Shown piece after piece: positions 37,438 through 37,538 of a stretch of 37,538 nt of DNA. The translations under genes and the position numbers were made by a program. The notes under the pieces are model-generated. The model worked only from the letters and a program-made list of their open reading frames with translations. It was not told the origin of the DNA and did no database searches. This DNA is from Candidatus Psychracetigena formicireducens (lineage in GTDB: Bacteria > Coprothermobacterota > HKB111): NCBI GenBank assembly GCA_018725125.1, contig QLTW01000002.1, positions 1 through 37,538 on the forward strand, given 5' to 3'. The stretch's first letter is position 1. The number at the start of each line of letters is the position of its first letter.

Positions 37438-37538
37438 TTACAGAAGTTTCCCGGTCTTTCGCAATAGATAGCGTTCGTAGATGAGCTCAGTCTTCGTTTC
37501 GCTCACCCTAAACTCCACCGGTAGTTTCACTCCTGCTG
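37438..37538 (-). CDS. Probable 3' end of a CDS continuing beyond the window (C-terminus ...AGVKLPVEFRVSETKTELIYERYLLRKTGKLL*), product unknown
   Basis: Only one of the three minus frames is open across 37441-37536 (32 codons), ending at TAA (37440-37438). The stretch looks visibly less AT-rich than the flanking intergenic DNA. No family recognised. Confidence 0.35.
   Translation of the reverse strand, partial: AGVKLPVEFRVSETKTELIYERYLLRKTGKLL

Noticed and set aside
37475-37525. RNase P RNA-like strings (GUAGAUGA and UAAACUCCACC)
   Set aside because: Both short strings occur in bacterial RNase P RNA, but here they are in the wrong order and far too close to the putative 5' end. No P4 or CR-I/CR-V context is present. 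I treat this as coincidence.
1-37538. Mobile elements, prophage, CRISPR arrays, defence islands or toxin-antitoxin pairs
   Set aside because: I looked for transposase or integrase motifs, long terminal inverted repeats, regularly spaced repeats and small paired ORFs. None were seen. Composition looks uniform by eye and nearly every gene is a conserved housekeeping family.

Overview
AT-rich bacterial chromosomal window that is almost entirely core housekeeping and densely coding. I saw no rRNA, tRNA, CRISPR array, transposase, integrase or recognisable defence, toxin or secretion module.

Gene layout:
- Left block (minus strand, 5486 to 884): membrane-anchored unknown protein, SAM methyltransferase, murF, murD. 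A convergent lipid-kinase-family gene sits at the far left.
- 5.5-10.6 kb: topB, a Lit-like (DUF1461/TIGR01906) membrane protein convergent with and overlapping the topB tail, then an SH3/coiled-coil protein and a SpoIID/LytB-family protein.
- Minus strand, 16830 to 10637: HIT protein, MobA-like NTP transferase, DUF4388 protein, NCS2-like permease, tldD, pmbA.
- Plus strand, 16945-18360: M48 protease and rpsT.
- Minus strand, 34913 to 18380: one uninterrupted 18-gene array, rimP-nusA-ylxR-infB-DUF503-rbfA-nrnA-ribF-rpsO-pnp-rnj-rodZ-rimO-thpR-recA-recX-rny-ymdB.
- Right end: a 709-aa membrane-anchored helical-repeat (TPR-like) protein, divergent from rimP, and what looks like the last 32 codons of a convergent minus-strand gene.

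I do not see a convincing novel multi-gene system. The observations most worth a second look are:
- a 324-nt antisense overlap between the topB Lys-rich tail and the conserved half of the Lit-like gene;
- a perfect tandem 21-bp repeat carrying two 18-bp palindromes in a divergent promoter region;
- a perfect consensus promoter plus a 10-bp leader hairpin in front of rimP-nusA;
- a 13-bp hairpin embedded in the last codons of ymdB;
- several uncharacterised proteins: the 392-aa anchored beta-rich protein in the mur operon, the DUF4388 protein, the translationally coupled NTP-transferase/HIT pair, and the TPR-like protein.

All family assignments come from motif recognition by eye. No searches were run.
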